From NCBI GenBank assembly GCA_031414755.1, contig JANNWJ010000006.1, positions 32,863 through 96,862 on the forward strand: a stretch of DNA of 64,000 nt, read 5' to 3'. The translations under genes and the position numbers were made by a program. This document shows positions 9,149 to 19,438 of this stretch, one piece after another. The notes below the pieces were generated by a model that was not told the origin of the DNA, made no database searches, and saw nothing but the letters and a program-made list of their open reading frames with translations. The stretch's first letter is position 1. Every line of letters begins with the position of its first letter. Origin of the DNA: Pirellulaceae bacterium (GTDB lineage: Bacteria; Planctomycetota; Planctomycetia; Pirellulales; Pirellulaceae).

Positions 9149-10243
9149 TTACTTCCGTTGCCACCGATCATCCGTTTCAAGCACGGCACGGACATCTTCA
9201 CTATCGAGCCATTTTTTTGCATCGGCGTCGTCACGAAGGTAAGCATCCCAAAACGCCGTGCTGATTGCCTTGATGGCCTTATGATGGTTTGGATTTCGTG
9301 GCTGGGAATCGCCCGGCAAGGCCCGCTCGGTGAAAACAGAATGTTCGGCCTTGTCCAATACCAATTCGTATTTGCCCTGTTCCGGGAGTGCCGGAAAAAC
9401 TCCCAGTCGTGAATTCATATTGGCATTTCCAATGACCGAAGTGTCATTCGTGCCCGTCATGCATAACCATGGAATTTTGACTTCGCCAAACGCCTTGGCC
9501 GCATCTCCCACCTGCGGCGTACTGGGGCTCATGGGGATCGCGGCGCGAATTCGCTTGTCGGTGTACCGCGGCGAGCCAAGGACAGACTGCCCGCCGACAT
9601 ATTGGGTCGTCAACGCCCCAAAGGAATGACCAGACATTCCGATTCGCTCCAGATTCAACTTTCCGAAAAGTGGATGAGTTGAGTCGGCATTCCACGTTTC
9701 CAGTTGTTCGATAACAGCCGGAATGTCTTCCACTCGCAAGATCAGATTCTGTCCACTGGCGGCATTGCGCATTTCACGCATCCGCTGCACGGCGGGAGCA
9801 CCTTTCCATACGGAATCATCACTTCCTGGGTGTTGAACAAATACTGCGACATTGCCGCGAGCCGCCCAATGCTTGCCGAGGAATGGAGAGGTCTCTTTCG
9901 TTCCTCCCAGTCCGTGACTGTGAATAATGACGGCGACCGGCTCTTTGGACTCGTTTACTTTCGGCAAATAAACGAGTAAGGGAATCTCCCGGGATCGGTC
10001 TTTGTCGTCAACGGTCAATTCAAGAGTTTGAATCTCGTTATCAGTAATTTTTAATGGATCATAGTCGCCGGTTGCCACTGGCGCAGAAGTGGATCGCTTT
10101 TCCCGTTCACTGCTTTTGCGATCCGATTTTCCGGATTCCTGTGGTTGCCGAATCAGGCCTGGATTTCCGCCCAGCGCCGTTTCATGATTCCCTGTCAGAA
10201 ACAGCGTGACGACGATTGAAAGAATGATCCTGGACAGGTTCAT
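9149..10243 (-). CDS. Secreted alpha/beta hydrolase (dienelactone hydrolase / PAF-acetylhydrolase-like)
   Basis: The signal-peptide start MNLSRIILSIVVTLFLTG is at 10243; the ORF track extends to 10414. The nucleophile elbow is GMSGHSFGA, and HSHGLGG lies upstream of it. Confidence 0.7.
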   Translation of the reverse strand: MNLSRIILSIVVTLFLTGNHETALGGNPGLIRQPQESGKSDRKSSEREKRSTSAPVATGDYDPLKITDNEIQTLELTVDDKDRSREIPLLVYLPKVNESKEPVAVIIHSHGLGGTKETSPFLGKHWAARGNVAVFVQHPGSDDSVWKGAPAVQRMREMRNAASGQNLILRVEDIPAVIEQLETWNADSTHPLFGKLNLERIGMSGHSFGALTTQYVGGQSVLGSPRYTDKRIRAAIPMSPSTPQVGDAAKAFGEVKIPWLCMTGTNDTSVIGNANMNSRLGVFPALPEQGKYELVLDKAEHSVFTERALPGDSQPRNPNHHKAIKAISTAFWDAYLRDDADAKKWLDSEDVRAVLETDDRWQRK

Positions 10244-10578
10244 GGACGTCCTGACAAGTAATTTTAAAATTCCAGGCGATTCAGTCGTTGGACTTGCCAC
10301 CTCGAAAGGAAGCTGCGGTCTTATCTCGAACGGAACCGCCAAAGCTGAATGTGAAAGAGTATTAACCCGAAACACAATGGATTGTTTCACGAATCCACAA
10401 GAACATTTACGCACAATCAGCTAAATGTGGACAATAAACTATCTGCAATTCACAAAAAAATGCCGTTTATTGAGCGAAAGGACGTTCGTTATCAATCCAT
10501 CGATGCCACGCCCGGTATTCGTTCAACTGGCATGAAATCCCTTCGATCCAGGTGGTATGATGGGGCCTGCTGAACGAC

Positions 10579-11388
10579 TTGCCGAACAAAAGGAATCTCA
10601 TGAATCTGGATCTATCGGGAAGGACCGCCATCGTTTGCGGCAGCACACAGGGAATCGGACGAGCCTCGGCTGTCGAACTTGCCGAACTTGGAGCGACCAT
10701 CGTGCTTGTCGCCCGAAATACCGAAACACTTCAGTCGTTGGCAATAGAATTGCCGACTCCCAAATCACAGAAGCATTCGTTTCTGGTCGCTGACTTTTCG
10801 GATCCCAGTCAGGTTGAAACCGTGATCAACGAATGGGTTGCTGCCAGGAACATCGCCGAGATTCTTGTAAACAATACCGGCGGGCCGCCGGCTGCTCCCG
10901 CCATGGATGCAACGATCGAGGAGTTTCGAATCGGGTTCAACAATCATTTGATTTGCAATCATGTGCTGGCTTTGGCCCTGGTGCCGGGAATGAAGTCGAA
11001 GAAGTTCGGTCGAATCATTAATATCATTTCGACATCGGTAAAAACTCCGATTGCCGGCCTGGGTGTCTCCAATACAACTCGCGGCGCGGTGGCCAGTTGG
11101 GCCAAGACCCTGGCAGGTGAACTGGCTCCGTTCGGCATCACCGTCAACAACATTTTACCAGGCATGACATGGACGGGCCGACTTGAAGCGCTCATCAATG
11201 GTCGCGCGAAAAAATCGGGTGTGTCGCCGGAAGCAATTGCCGATAAAATGAAAAGTGAAATACCCGCTGGCCGTTTCGGCGAGTCGGCAGAACTGGCCGC
11301 CGTGGTAGCTTTTCTCGCTTCGCCGGCCGCTGCTTACGTAAACGGTACTAATATTCCGGTCGATGGAGGGCGGACGCCATGTCTGTAA
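10579..11388 (+). CDS. SDR-family oxidoreductase
   Basis: The Rossmann motif is GRTAIVCGSTQGIGRA. NNTGG is present, and the C-terminal end GTNIPVDGG is typical. An alternative start lies at 10600. Confidence 0.85.
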   Translation: MPNKRNLMNLDLSGRTAIVCGSTQGIGRASAVELAELGATIVLVARNTETLQSLAIELPTPKSQKHSFLVADFSDPSQVETVINEWVAARNIAEILVNNTGGPPAAPAMDATIEEFRIGFNNHLICNHVLALALVPGMKSKKFGRIINIISTSVKTPIAGLGVSNTTRGAVASWAKTLAGELAPFGITVNNILPGMTWTGRLEALINGRAKKSGVSPEAIADKMKSEIPAGRFGESAELAAVVAFLASPAAAYVNGTNIPVDGGRTPCL

Positions 11389-12824
11389 CAAAAATCAAAA
11401 ACATGATCGATGGACGGCTACAAGTTCCGGCTTGTGGCGACTATCTCGACAACGTGAATCCGGCAACCGGCGCAGCGTACTCGCTAGTCCCCGATTCCAG
11501 CGTCGACGATATCAACGCTGCCGTTGTTTCTGCTGAAAAGGCCTTTCCGGCGTGGGCTGGAAAAACGGCTGCCGAGCGCGGCAGCGTGATTCGCAAAATT
11601 GCTGACCTGGTCGATCGTGATCGCGAACGGCTCGTCATGGCGGAGACCGACGACAATGGCAAGCCCTTGCGCCTGTCCCGTGCCGTCGACATCCCGCGCG
11701 TTTCGACCAACTTGCGTTTCTATGCCGGCATGATCGAAGGATTCTCCAGCGAGTCGCATTCGATACCCGGGGCGATCAATTACACACTTCGAAATCCGTT
11801 GGGAGTGGTCAGTTGCATCTCGCCATGGAACTTGCCCCTTTATTTGATGACCTGGAAAATCGCGCCGGCTCTCGTGACAGGCAATTGCGTCATCGCCAAA
11901 CCCTCCGAAGTCACACCGATGACCGCCTACCTGTTTTCCGAACTTTGCATCGAAGCCGGTTTGCCTCCCGGTGTTCTGAATGTCGTTCACGGAAGTGGCG
12001 TGAAAACTGGCGATGCCATTTTGACGCATCCGGGGATCAAGGCCATTTCGTTTACTGGTGGAACGAAGACCGGCGAGCATATCGCCCGCACCGTCGCACC
12101 GCAGTTCAAAAAGTTCTCACTGGAACTGGGTGGAAAGAACCCAAATGTGATTTTTGCCGATTGCGATTACGAACGAATGATGCAGACGACGTTGCTCAGC
12201 TCGTTTTCCAATCAAGGGCAGGTTTGCCTGTGTGGATCACGCGTCCTGGTGCAGCGACCACTTTACCAAAAGTTCGTCGATGACTTTGTGGCACGCGCCC
12301 GGAAAATGCAAGTTGGCGACCCGTATGAAGACACCAGCGACCTCGGCGCAGTCGTCTCGCAGCCCCATCAACAAAAAATACTTGGCTGCATCGAAACGGC
12401 CAAATCCGAAGGAGGGCATTTGCATTGCGGAGGCGGCCCGGCGAAAGTAAACGGACGTTGCAAGAACGGTTTCTTTGTCGAACCGACGGTGTTTACCGGC
12501 CTCGGTCCGGAAACCCGAACCAATCAACAGGAAGTGTTCGGCCCATTCGTCAGCATTCAGCCGTTTGACGACGAGGATCACGCTGTCGCACTTGCCAATG
12601 ATTCCAGATACGGATTGTCAGCCACGGTTTGGACAGAAAACATTGGTTGCGGACACCGCATGGCTGAGCGAATTGATTCGGGCGTCGTTTGGATCAACTG
12701 CTGGATGATCCGCGATCTTCGGACCCCGTTTGGGGGGATGAAATCCAGTGGGCTCGGCCGTGAAGGGGGAATGGAATCGCTTCGGTTCTTTACGGAACCA
12801 AAAAATGTTTGCGTGAAGTTTTAA
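11379..12824 (+). CDS. NAD-dependent aldehyde dehydrogenase, probably a 2-aminomuconate / 2-hydroxymuconate semialdehyde dehydrogenase by context
   Basis: ALDH motifs are FTGGTKTGEHI, LELGGKNP and the catalytic Cys region NQGQVCLCGSR. It overlaps the SDR stop by 10 nt. Confidence 0.85.
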   Translation: MSVTKIKNMIDGRLQVPACGDYLDNVNPATGAAYSLVPDSSVDDINAAVVSAEKAFPAWAGKTAAERGSVIRKIADLVDRDRERLVMAETDDNGKPLRLSRAVDIPRVSTNLRFYAGMIEGFSSESHSIPGAINYTLRNPLGVVSCISPWNLPLYLMTWKIAPALVTGNCVIAKPSEVTPMTAYLFSELCIEAGLPPGVLNVVHGSGVKTGDAILTHPGIKAISFTGGTKTGEHIARTVAPQFKKFSLELGGKNPNVIFADCDYERMMQTTLLSSFSNQGQVCLCGSRVLVQRPLYQKFVDDFVARARKMQVGDPYEDTSDLGAVVSQPHQQKILGCIETAKSEGGHLHCGGGPAKVNGRCKNGFFVEPTVFTGLGPETRTNQQEVFGPFVSIQPFDDEDHAVALANDSRYGLSATVWTENIGCGHRMAERIDSGVVWINCWMIRDLRTPFGGMKSSGLGREGGMESLRFFTEPKNVCVKF

Positions 12825-12996
12825 TACGCCCCTTCGACACGCGATTAGAAACTTGTTCGATACGTTTACGGGATGTAAACCCAATAGCGATTTAATCAGT
12901 TCCCTCTGTCAAGAATCCTCCTTGTCCCGGTATCTCAACAACCCCGTTCTGCCAATTCCGACGTCAGCAAAATCTCAAATCCCAAATTGCTTTTCC

Positions 12997-13413
12997 ATGA
13001 ACCAACCCATTAAAACTAATCAAGCCCCTGACCCGGTCGGCTTGTATCCGCATGCGAGGCGTGTAGGGAACTTGCTGTTCCTGTCCGGTGTGGGACCGCG
13101 AAAGCCGGGAACAAACGAGATCCCTGGAAATCAGGCTGACGAACAGGGACGGTTGGTGGCTTACGATATCGTCGCCCAGTGCCATAGCGTATTCGCCAAT
13201 GTCAGAGCCGTATTGCAGGCGTCCGGTTCGAGTTGGGACCGGCTCGTTGACGTGACCGTATTTTTGACCAACATGGCTGACGATTTTGCCGCATACAACC
13301 GGGTCTATTCCGATTACTTTCGCGACGTCCAGCCTTGCCGAACGACCGTTGAAGTCGGGGCGCTACCCACACCCATCGCGATTGAACTAAAATGCATCGC
13401 GACTATCGACTAG
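12997..13413 (+). CDS. RidA/YjgF-family deaminase (2-aminomuconate deaminase-like by context)
   Basis: The ATG at 12997 gives MNQPIKTNQAPDPVGLYPHARRVGNLLFLSGVGP ... RTTVEVGALPTPIAIELKCIA, a typical RidA fold signature. The ORF-track start at 12853 looks like a non-coding extension. Confidence 0.85.
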   Translation: MNQPIKTNQAPDPVGLYPHARRVGNLLFLSGVGPRKPGTNEIPGNQADEQGRLVAYDIVAQCHSVFANVRAVLQASGSSWDRLVDVTVFLTNMADDFAAYNRVYSDYFRDVQPCRTTVEVGALPTPIAIELKCIATID

Positions 13414-13603
13414 TGCCGCGTCAACTTTTAACATTGGGGTACGATGGACTTCCAAGTCCGTCGACAATTATTGAATTCGACGGACGAGGACGTCCATCGT
13501 ACGTTCGGTGCCAACCCCAGTTCCCAATCTTGACAATGCACTAGCCAACGCTGAGCATGTCGTTGGTCCAACCTTCGCATATTGAGGCGGGGCCATTGTT
13601 TTT

Positions 13604-14656
13604 TTGACCGTTTACCTTAATTCTGCAGCTTGTTCTGTGACATCAATTGCCCTGCCTGACAATCCGACGATCGATGTCCATACGCATATCCTGCCGGAAA
13701 CGTGGCCTGACCTCGCGGAACGGTACGGTTACGGCGGATTTGTTTCGCTGATCCACCATCGACCCGGTTGCGCGCGAATGATGGTCGACGGCAAGTTCTT
13801 TCGGGAAATTCAGGACAATTGCTGGAGCGCCGAAACAAGAATCGCTGATTGCGATCGCCAGCAAGTCGATATGCAGGTCTTGTCTACCGTTCCGATCATG
13901 TTCAGTTACTGGGCCAGGCCAGCGGACGGATTGGACCTGTCAAGGATCCTGAACGATCACATTGCCGGCATCGTGCGCGACTACCCCCAACGGTTTGCCG
14001 GGCTGGGAACAATTCCCTTGCAAGATCCCAAGGTTGCGATTGTTGAGTTGGAGCGGTGCGTTGGAGAGCTGGGACTGGCCGGAATAGAAATCGGTTCTCA
14101 CGTCAACCAGTGGAATCTCAACGATCCCAATCTCTTTGAAGTCTTCGCGGCGGCGGCCGAACTGGGCGCAGCTATATTTGTTCATCCATGGGACATGATG
14201 GGGAAGGAACGGATGAACAAGTACTGGCTTCCGTGGCTGGTTGGCATGCCTGCTGAAAATTCGCTGGCAATATGTTCCATGATTTTTGGAGGTGTGTTCG
14301 AGAGACTTCCCAACCTGAAAGTCTGTTTTGCCCACGGCGGTGGATCGTTTCCGGCAACGATTGGGCGAATTGAACATGCGTTTAACGTCCGACCCGACTT
14401 GTGCGCCGTCGACAATCCCCGAAATCCACGTGAGTATATCGGTCGTTTTTTTCTGGATACGCTGGTCCATGAAGCAGCGGCGTTACGATACCTGCTGGAA
14501 GTGTTTGGCGAGAAATATCTGATGATGGGAACCGACTATCCCTTCCCGCTCGGAGAGTTGGAGCCGGGAAGTCTCATCAAATCCCTGAATGACATATCTG
14601 AGTCCACTCAACATCGATTACTGGGTGGCTCGGCACGAGCCTGGTTGGGAATCTGA
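13604..14656 (+). CDS. Amidohydrolase-2 family decarboxylase (ACMSD-like, 2-amino-3-carboxymuconate-6-semialdehyde decarboxylase)
   Basis: [29 protein letters not shown] and [10 protein letters not shown] match the ACMSD metal-ligand pattern. The start is uncertain: TTG at 13604 or GTG at 13637. Confidence 0.8.
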   Translation: MTVYLNSAACSVTSIALPDNPTIDVHTHILPETWPDLAERYGYGGFVSLIHHRPGCARMMVDGKFFREIQDNCWSAETRIADCDRQQVDMQVLSTVPIMFSYWARPADGLDLSRILNDHIAGIVRDYPQRFAGLGTIPLQDPKVAIVELERCVGELGLAGIEIGSHVNQWNLNDPNLFEVFAAAAELGAAIFVHPWDMMGKERMNKYWLPWLVGMPAENSLAICSMIFGGVFERLPNLKVCFAHGGGSFPATIGRIEHAFNVRPDLCAVDNPRNPREYIGRFFLDTLVHEAAALRYLLEVFGEKYLMMGTDYPFPLGELEPGSLIKSLNDISESTQHRLLGGSARAWLGI

Positions 14657-14659
14657 ATT

Positions 14660-15622
14660 GTGGCCAATATTGAATCCGGTTTTGAACGACCAATGCGGGT
14701 CGACACCCAACTGACAGTCGAAACACCGGAAGGGGTGGACTTTCAGTTCGAACTGGCAGGTCCAGGGCGCCGCGGCCTGGCGATGGCCCTTGACATGCTT
14801 GTCGTCGGCGCAGTTTTGTTTGTTGTATTTCTGATGCTTGGCCTGACCACGGCCTTTGGCGAATTATTTGCGAACATCGGCTCGATGTTTGTGCTGTTAA
14901 TCTTTTTTTCGATCAAGTGGTTTTATTCGGCCTTGTTCGAAGGATTTGCCGGCGGGCGAACTCCTGGCAAAATGGCGATGCACTTGCGCGTCCTGCGCAC
15001 CAACGGAACGCCCATCGGATTTCTGGAAGCCTTTGGTCGAGGCCTCGTACTGGCGGCTGACTGGTTGCCAGGTGCCTTTACAACCGGGGTTGTTGTCATG
15101 ATATCCAACAGCCAAATGCGGCGGTTGGGTGATCTGTTTTTCGACACGATGGTCATTGACGAATCGTCGGAACGCAATTTGCGACGATCACTTGCCGATC
15201 ACAGTGCAGTACCGCTGGAGCGAAGCAGTTGCCTGCGAACGTTTAGCCTTGCCCCGCGCACGATTTCCACGATTGAACGATTGATCGAAAAAAACCGGCC
15301 CATTTTGCCCCTTCGTCGCGAGGAGCTCGCCGTTCCGCTGGCCAATGCTATTTCCCGCTACCTTGGATACAGTCCGGAAAACGACGCGTCGGTATTTGAA
15401 AATGCACCGGTGATGCTTGAATCGCATCAGCTCGATTGTTCGCAACTGCCGGCTACCTGTTTCCTTTTGCGCGTACAAAACACGTTCTCGCAGGAGGGCA
15501 AGTCACGGCCGGTCACACCACGGAATCAACGTTTTCGCCGTGACGATGAGTATGAAGTCTTGCCCGAACCGATCGTGGTCGATATGACCGGCACGACGCA
15601 ATCGCCGGGGTACGGAGCATGA
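14660..15622 (+). CDS. RDD-family membrane protein
   Basis: The GTG start lies 3 nt after the ACMSD stop. GGRTPGKMAMHLRVLRTNG and the flanking TM helices are typical of RDD domains. Confidence 0.75.
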   Translation: MANIESGFERPMRVDTQLTVETPEGVDFQFELAGPGRRGLAMALDMLVVGAVLFVVFLMLGLTTAFGELFANIGSMFVLLIFFSIKWFYSALFEGFAGGRTPGKMAMHLRVLRTNGTPIGFLEAFGRGLVLAADWLPGAFTTGVVVMISNSQMRRLGDLFFDTMVIDESSERNLRRSLADHSAVPLERSSCLRTFSLAPRTISTIERLIEKNRPILPLRREELAVPLANAISRYLGYSPENDASVFENAPVMLESHQLDCSQLPATCFLLRVQNTFSQEGKSRPVTPRNQRFRRDDEYEVLPEPIVVDMTGTTQSPGYGA

Positions 15623-16599
15623 ATCGCGATCGATTCCTGAAACAGCGGCAACCGGAATGGCAAACTTTCGAGAAACTACTTTCCACGTTGCGCGGGCAAC
15701 GGCGAGGCCAACAAAGCTGCGAGGCCATCAGTGATTTGTCGCGGATGTACCGATCCATTTGTTATGACCTGTCGATGGTCCGGTCGCGCGAATGGGACGA
15801 ACAGCTTGAATACTACCTGAATCACCTTGTCGCTCAGGGGCATAACTTTCTGTACCGTGCTCCGCCCCGCAACGCGTTCTCCGTCGTGGACTTTCTGGTG
15901 ATTGGATTTCCGGTTTTGTTGCGCAAATACAAGGTCTTTTTCTTTGTGGCACTGGCATTGTTCGGGATCCCTTTCCTCGTCGCGGCAATCGGGACAAACA
16001 TCGACCATTCCATCGCCACGTCCGTCGTCCCGCCGAAGGATCTTGCTGCGGCCAGTGAGATGTATTCCAAAGCATTTTATCAATCGGTTGATGGTGAATA
16101 TGCGGGTCAGCGATCCGCGATGGCTGGCTTTTACGTATTTCACAATGTCGGAATTGCTTTCAAGTGTTACGCCCACGGCGTGTTTTTTGGAATTGGGACG
16201 ATATACCAACTGCTTTTCAACGGGCTGTTCATCGGCGCGATTTCCGGGCATATCATCAGCGAAGGGCATGGTGACAACTTTTTCAGCTTTGTCATTTCGC
16301 ATGGTTCGTTTGAATTGACGGCGCTCGTGATCGCCGGCGCCGCCGGATTGGTGCTTGCCTGGGGGACCATCTATCGGGGCGAACGAACTCGCCCGGAATC
16401 ATTGGCCTTTTTTGGGATGGAATCCGTCAAAATGATTTGTGGGGCGGGCGCGATGCTCGGCGTTGCCGCGCTGATCGAAGGGTACTTTTCTCCGATGGCC
16501 ATTCCCCATGTCATCAAGTACGTGGTCGGAACGGCGTTGTGGGTCCTGGTGATCGGCTGGCTTGTGCTTGCCGGTCGCGGCAGGAGCTTCAGCCCGTGA
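15619..16599 (+). CDS. SpoIIM-like / DUF95 integral membrane protein
   Basis: FHNVGIAFKCYAHGVFFGIGTIYQLLFNGLFIGAISG...HGSFELTALVIAGAAG. It has an ATGA overlap with the RDD gene. Confidence 0.7.
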   Translation: MNRDRFLKQRQPEWQTFEKLLSTLRGQRRGQQSCEAISDLSRMYRSICYDLSMVRSREWDEQLEYYLNHLVAQGHNFLYRAPPRNAFSVVDFLVIGFPVLLRKYKVFFFVALALFGIPFLVAAIGTNIDHSIATSVVPPKDLAAASEMYSKAFYQSVDGEYAGQRSAMAGFYVFHNVGIAFKCYAHGVFFGIGTIYQLLFNGLFIGAISGHIISEGHGDNFFSFVISHGSFELTALVIAGAAGLVLAWGTIYRGERTRPESLAFFGMESVKMICGAGAMLGVAALIEGYFSPMAIPHVIKYVVGTALWVLVIGWLVLAGRGRSFSP

Positions 16600-17426
16600 A
16601 AGTCGAAGATTGTATCGTCGATGTCAAATGCCGCAGTGCTGCCGGCTGCATCGATTTGGCTTGCGTTTTTCAGAGACGGTTTGCCGCTCCGATTATCAAT
16701 TTGCTTTTGATTTTTGCCGTCCCGTCACTGGTTCTTGGCTGGTTCGTATTGCGTTACCGGGATTTCTCGTTTGTCTGGATGCTGCTCATCTGGAGTTTTT
16801 TTTCAGCATTGTTTTGCGGTGCGTTGATTGCCGGCATCGGTCCCCAGGTCTTTGGGCAACCGTTTCGTGTCGCCGAGGCGCTGAAGAGCCTTTGCCAGCG
16901 ACTGCCGCTCTATTTCGGATGGATATTGTTAATTCGAATCCTGCAAGGGTTTTTGTCGATGTGCTTCGTCGTTCCCGCTACGTTAATCGCACCGGTTACC
17001 GGATTCCTCGCCGAAGTCATGTTTCTCGAACAATCGCCGGCCGGCAAGATCAACGCGCGCATGTCTGCATTGTCCAGAGGTTACTATTTCACATTGCTTG
17101 TTCGATTTTGGCTGGTCTTGATTCTTGCGATTATCCTGATCGCGGGATTGTTTACAGCGATTTTCTTTCTGGGTACGTTTCTGTTCAATTTGCCTGGAAT
17201 AACAGACCGAATTGATCGTCGGCAAAACGATCCATTCATAATGCTTATCAGCTTGTTCTCCGATCCATTTGCCGGAACGGTATTGCAAGCATGTTTTTGG
17301 AGCGTCACTCCGTTAGCCCGACTGGCCTGGTTTTTCATGTATCTGGATAGCCGAATTCGCCGGGAATGCTGGGACCTGGATGTCGCCTTTCAAATTGAAG
17401 CCAGGCGATTGGAGGTGGTGCCATGA
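16596..17426 (+). CDS. Polytopic membrane protein of unknown function
   Basis: The GTG at 16596 overlaps the upstream stop (GTGA). There are 5-6 hydrophobic helices. The ORF-track start at 16437 overlaps the previous gene and looks spurious. Confidence 0.55.
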   Translation: MKVEDCIVDVKCRSAAGCIDLACVFQRRFAAPIINLLLIFAVPSLVLGWFVLRYRDFSFVWMLLIWSFFSALFCGALIAGIGPQVFGQPFRVAEALKSLCQRLPLYFGWILLIRILQGFLSMCFVVPATLIAPVTGFLAEVMFLEQSPAGKINARMSALSRGYYFTLLVRFWLVLILAIILIAGLFTAIFFLGTFLFNLPGITDRIDRRQNDPFIMLISLFSDPFAGTVLQACFWSVTPLARLAWFFMYLDSRIRRECWDLDVAFQIEARRLEVVP

Positions 17427-18244
17427 CAAGTGTTTGCCCGGTTTTCGCTTCGTTCCGGCGAATGACTCGCCGCCTGTTGGCCATCACCTTTTTTTGCCTG
17501 ATGGTGATGCAACATTGCCCGGAATTTGTTCTTGCGCAGGACGAGACCGCTTTTTCCAATGATCAAATTCGCGAGGCAGCGCGAGGAGTTATGGAACACG
17601 ATGATTTTCGTCGTCTCCGCGGACATGATAACGACAACAAAGGATTCCTTTCAAAGCTGTTAGAGAAACTTGACGATGATTCAACAAATAAACAGTCCGA
17701 CAATCAGGAGGGGGGTTCTGTTGGGGGGATTGCCAACTCGGTCGCCGGAGGAATCGGCCAATTGTTAATGGTAGTTGCCTTGCTGGCTGTTGCTGTTTTG
17801 ATCGGTTTTGCCATCGTCATGATCATTCGTTCAATTGAAAACCGCGATCGAAAGGCAAAAATGGCGGGCCCTCTATCACCCATCGAACTCGACAGCATCA
17901 TTTCGAATCCGCCAGGCGAGTTGGCGACAGAACAGTATCAACAACGGGCCGACGATTATGCCCGAACCGGTGATTATCGCGCCGCTGTTCGACAGTTGTT
18001 GCTGGGTTGCATGAGTTGGGTTGAGCGCGCAGAACTCATCCATTATCGCCGTGGTCTGACCAATCGCGATTACTGGCGCGCCGTTTATCGCGAGGAGTCC
18101 CGGCGACTGGCGTTCGCATCGATTGCATTTGAGTTTGAAAAAGTGTTTTTTGGTCGACGCCATGCGACTGCAGAAATGTATCAGGCATGTTTGAATCAAT
18201 TCCTGAAAGAATTCCATGAGCATCGTGTCATCGCAACGATCTAG
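17423..18244 (+). CDS. DUF4129-like membrane-anchored protein
   Basis: It has an ATGA overlap with the upstream gene and an N-terminal signal/TM. A central TM is LLMVVALLAVAVLIGFAIVMII. The C-terminal YRRGLTNRDYWRAV...FEFEKVFFGRRHAT resembles DUF4129. Confidence 0.6.
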   Translation: MTSVCPVFASFRRMTRRLLAITFFCLMVMQHCPEFVLAQDETAFSNDQIREAARGVMEHDDFRRLRGHDNDNKGFLSKLLEKLDDDSTNKQSDNQEGGSVGGIANSVAGGIGQLLMVVALLAVAVLIGFAIVMIIRSIENRDRKAKMAGPLSPIELDSIISNPPGELATEQYQQRADDYARTGDYRAAVRQLLLGCMSWVERAELIHYRRGLTNRDYWRAVYREESRRLAFASIAFEFEKVFFGRRHATAEMYQACLNQFLKEFHEHRVIATI

Positions 18245-19388
18245 AATTGCCTTGTGGCTGACTGCGGTCGCTTTTGTGATCGTATTGCAGTTCTGGTGGA
18301 TTCCCGGTCAAACGTATCGGGCTTCGGATTCGTACAGTACCATGTCGGATGGAAAACTTGGGTTATTTCGGGTTTTGGAACGACTGTTTCCCGAGGTTAC
18401 GCGCGAGGCCGACAGCCTGATTCCCAAGGGCACACAAACCATGATCCTCGTCGATCCACCGACCGATCTGGATTCCAGCACTCGATTCGAACTCAATAAA
18501 TTTGTTTCGCACGGTGGCACACTCGTTTTTGCTCCGGGAATCGAATCCGATATCGGACCGTATAACGAATTCGGATTCGATCTCATGTTGCATGATAGCA
18601 ATATTCGCAGCAAGGTAAGTGTAACGGGGCCAATCGTCGAAGGGACTCGAACCTGGGAATCCAATCGCAAGATCAAGACCCGCCCCTACTTCAGCCACAC
18701 GGATCTGTTAACAGATACCGAAGGAGGTGTTCACGCGACAGCCATCGAACTTGGAAGGGGAACGGTCGTCGCTTGCTCAGGCCCGGAGGCCTTTTCCAAC
18801 AAGGCGATGCTGGATCCCGAACGTGCCGAAACGGCAGTCCGGTTGATCGAATATGCACACAGCCTGAATACAAAATCAAATCGAAACACCGCAGGTATCG
18901 TTATTTGCGAACGGATGAACGACGCCCGGACTGGCGATGTTTGGGGCATTCTGCTTGGACCTGCCTTGCGGCATGGCTCGTTGCAAATCGTGATCATCGG
19001 GCTGCTGGTTGCCTGGCTCGGCTATGAACAATTTGGCCCGCATCGCAAACGCGGCAAGGCAGGTCGAAAATCACTTACCGACAGCGCCGAGGCGTTAGGC
19101 AATTTGCAATTCCGGACAAAAAACGGCGCTCAGATCGTGGAACGCTACTTCGAATACGTCGCGATGAACGCGCGACGAAGTTCCGGGCAATTGGCAAACC
19201 TTCATTCCCTCGATTGGCTGGCGGCGCGAACGGGATTGCCGATCGAAGAAGTCAAGACTCAAATGGCCCGGATTGGAAACGTCCTCAAATCCGGCAGCGA
19301 AACACCTTCCAATGTGTCAAGCATCATTCGCTGGCTTGCCATAGTTCAGCAACGACTTTTACACCCACAAACAAAACGCAAAAAGTAA
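18216..19388 (+). CDS. DUF4350-like protein (N- and C-terminal TM, large central domain)
   Basis: The position in the conserved DUF4129-DUF4350-MoxR-DUF58 order supports the call. TMs are IALWLTAVAFVIVLQFWW and LQIVIIGLLVAWLGY. The family call rests on context. Confidence 0.5.
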   Translation: MSIVSSQRSRIALWLTAVAFVIVLQFWWIPGQTYRASDSYSTMSDGKLGLFRVLERLFPEVTREADSLIPKGTQTMILVDPPTDLDSSTRFELNKFVSHGGTLVFAPGIESDIGPYNEFGFDLMLHDSNIRSKVSVTGPIVEGTRTWESNRKIKTRPYFSHTDLLTDTEGGVHATAIELGRGTVVACSGPEAFSNKAMLDPERAETAVRLIEYAHSLNTKSNRNTAGIVICERMNDARTGDVWGILLGPALRHGSLQIVIIGLLVAWLGYEQFGPHRKRGKAGRKSLTDSAEALGNLQFRTKNGAQIVERYFEYVAMNARRSSGQLANLHSLDWLAARTGLPIEEVKTQMARIGNVLKSGSETPSNVSSIIRWLAIVQQRLLHPQTKRKK

Positions 19389-19438
19389 CCGTTCCAACGG
19401 CTTCTTCCTTAGTCAATCACCCGGGAATATCGATCAAA

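Noticed and set aside
19214-19438. 75-codon N-terminal extension of the MoxR ORF
   Set aside because: It overlaps the 3' end of the DUF4350-like gene in another frame. MoxR homology starts at the ATG at 19439.
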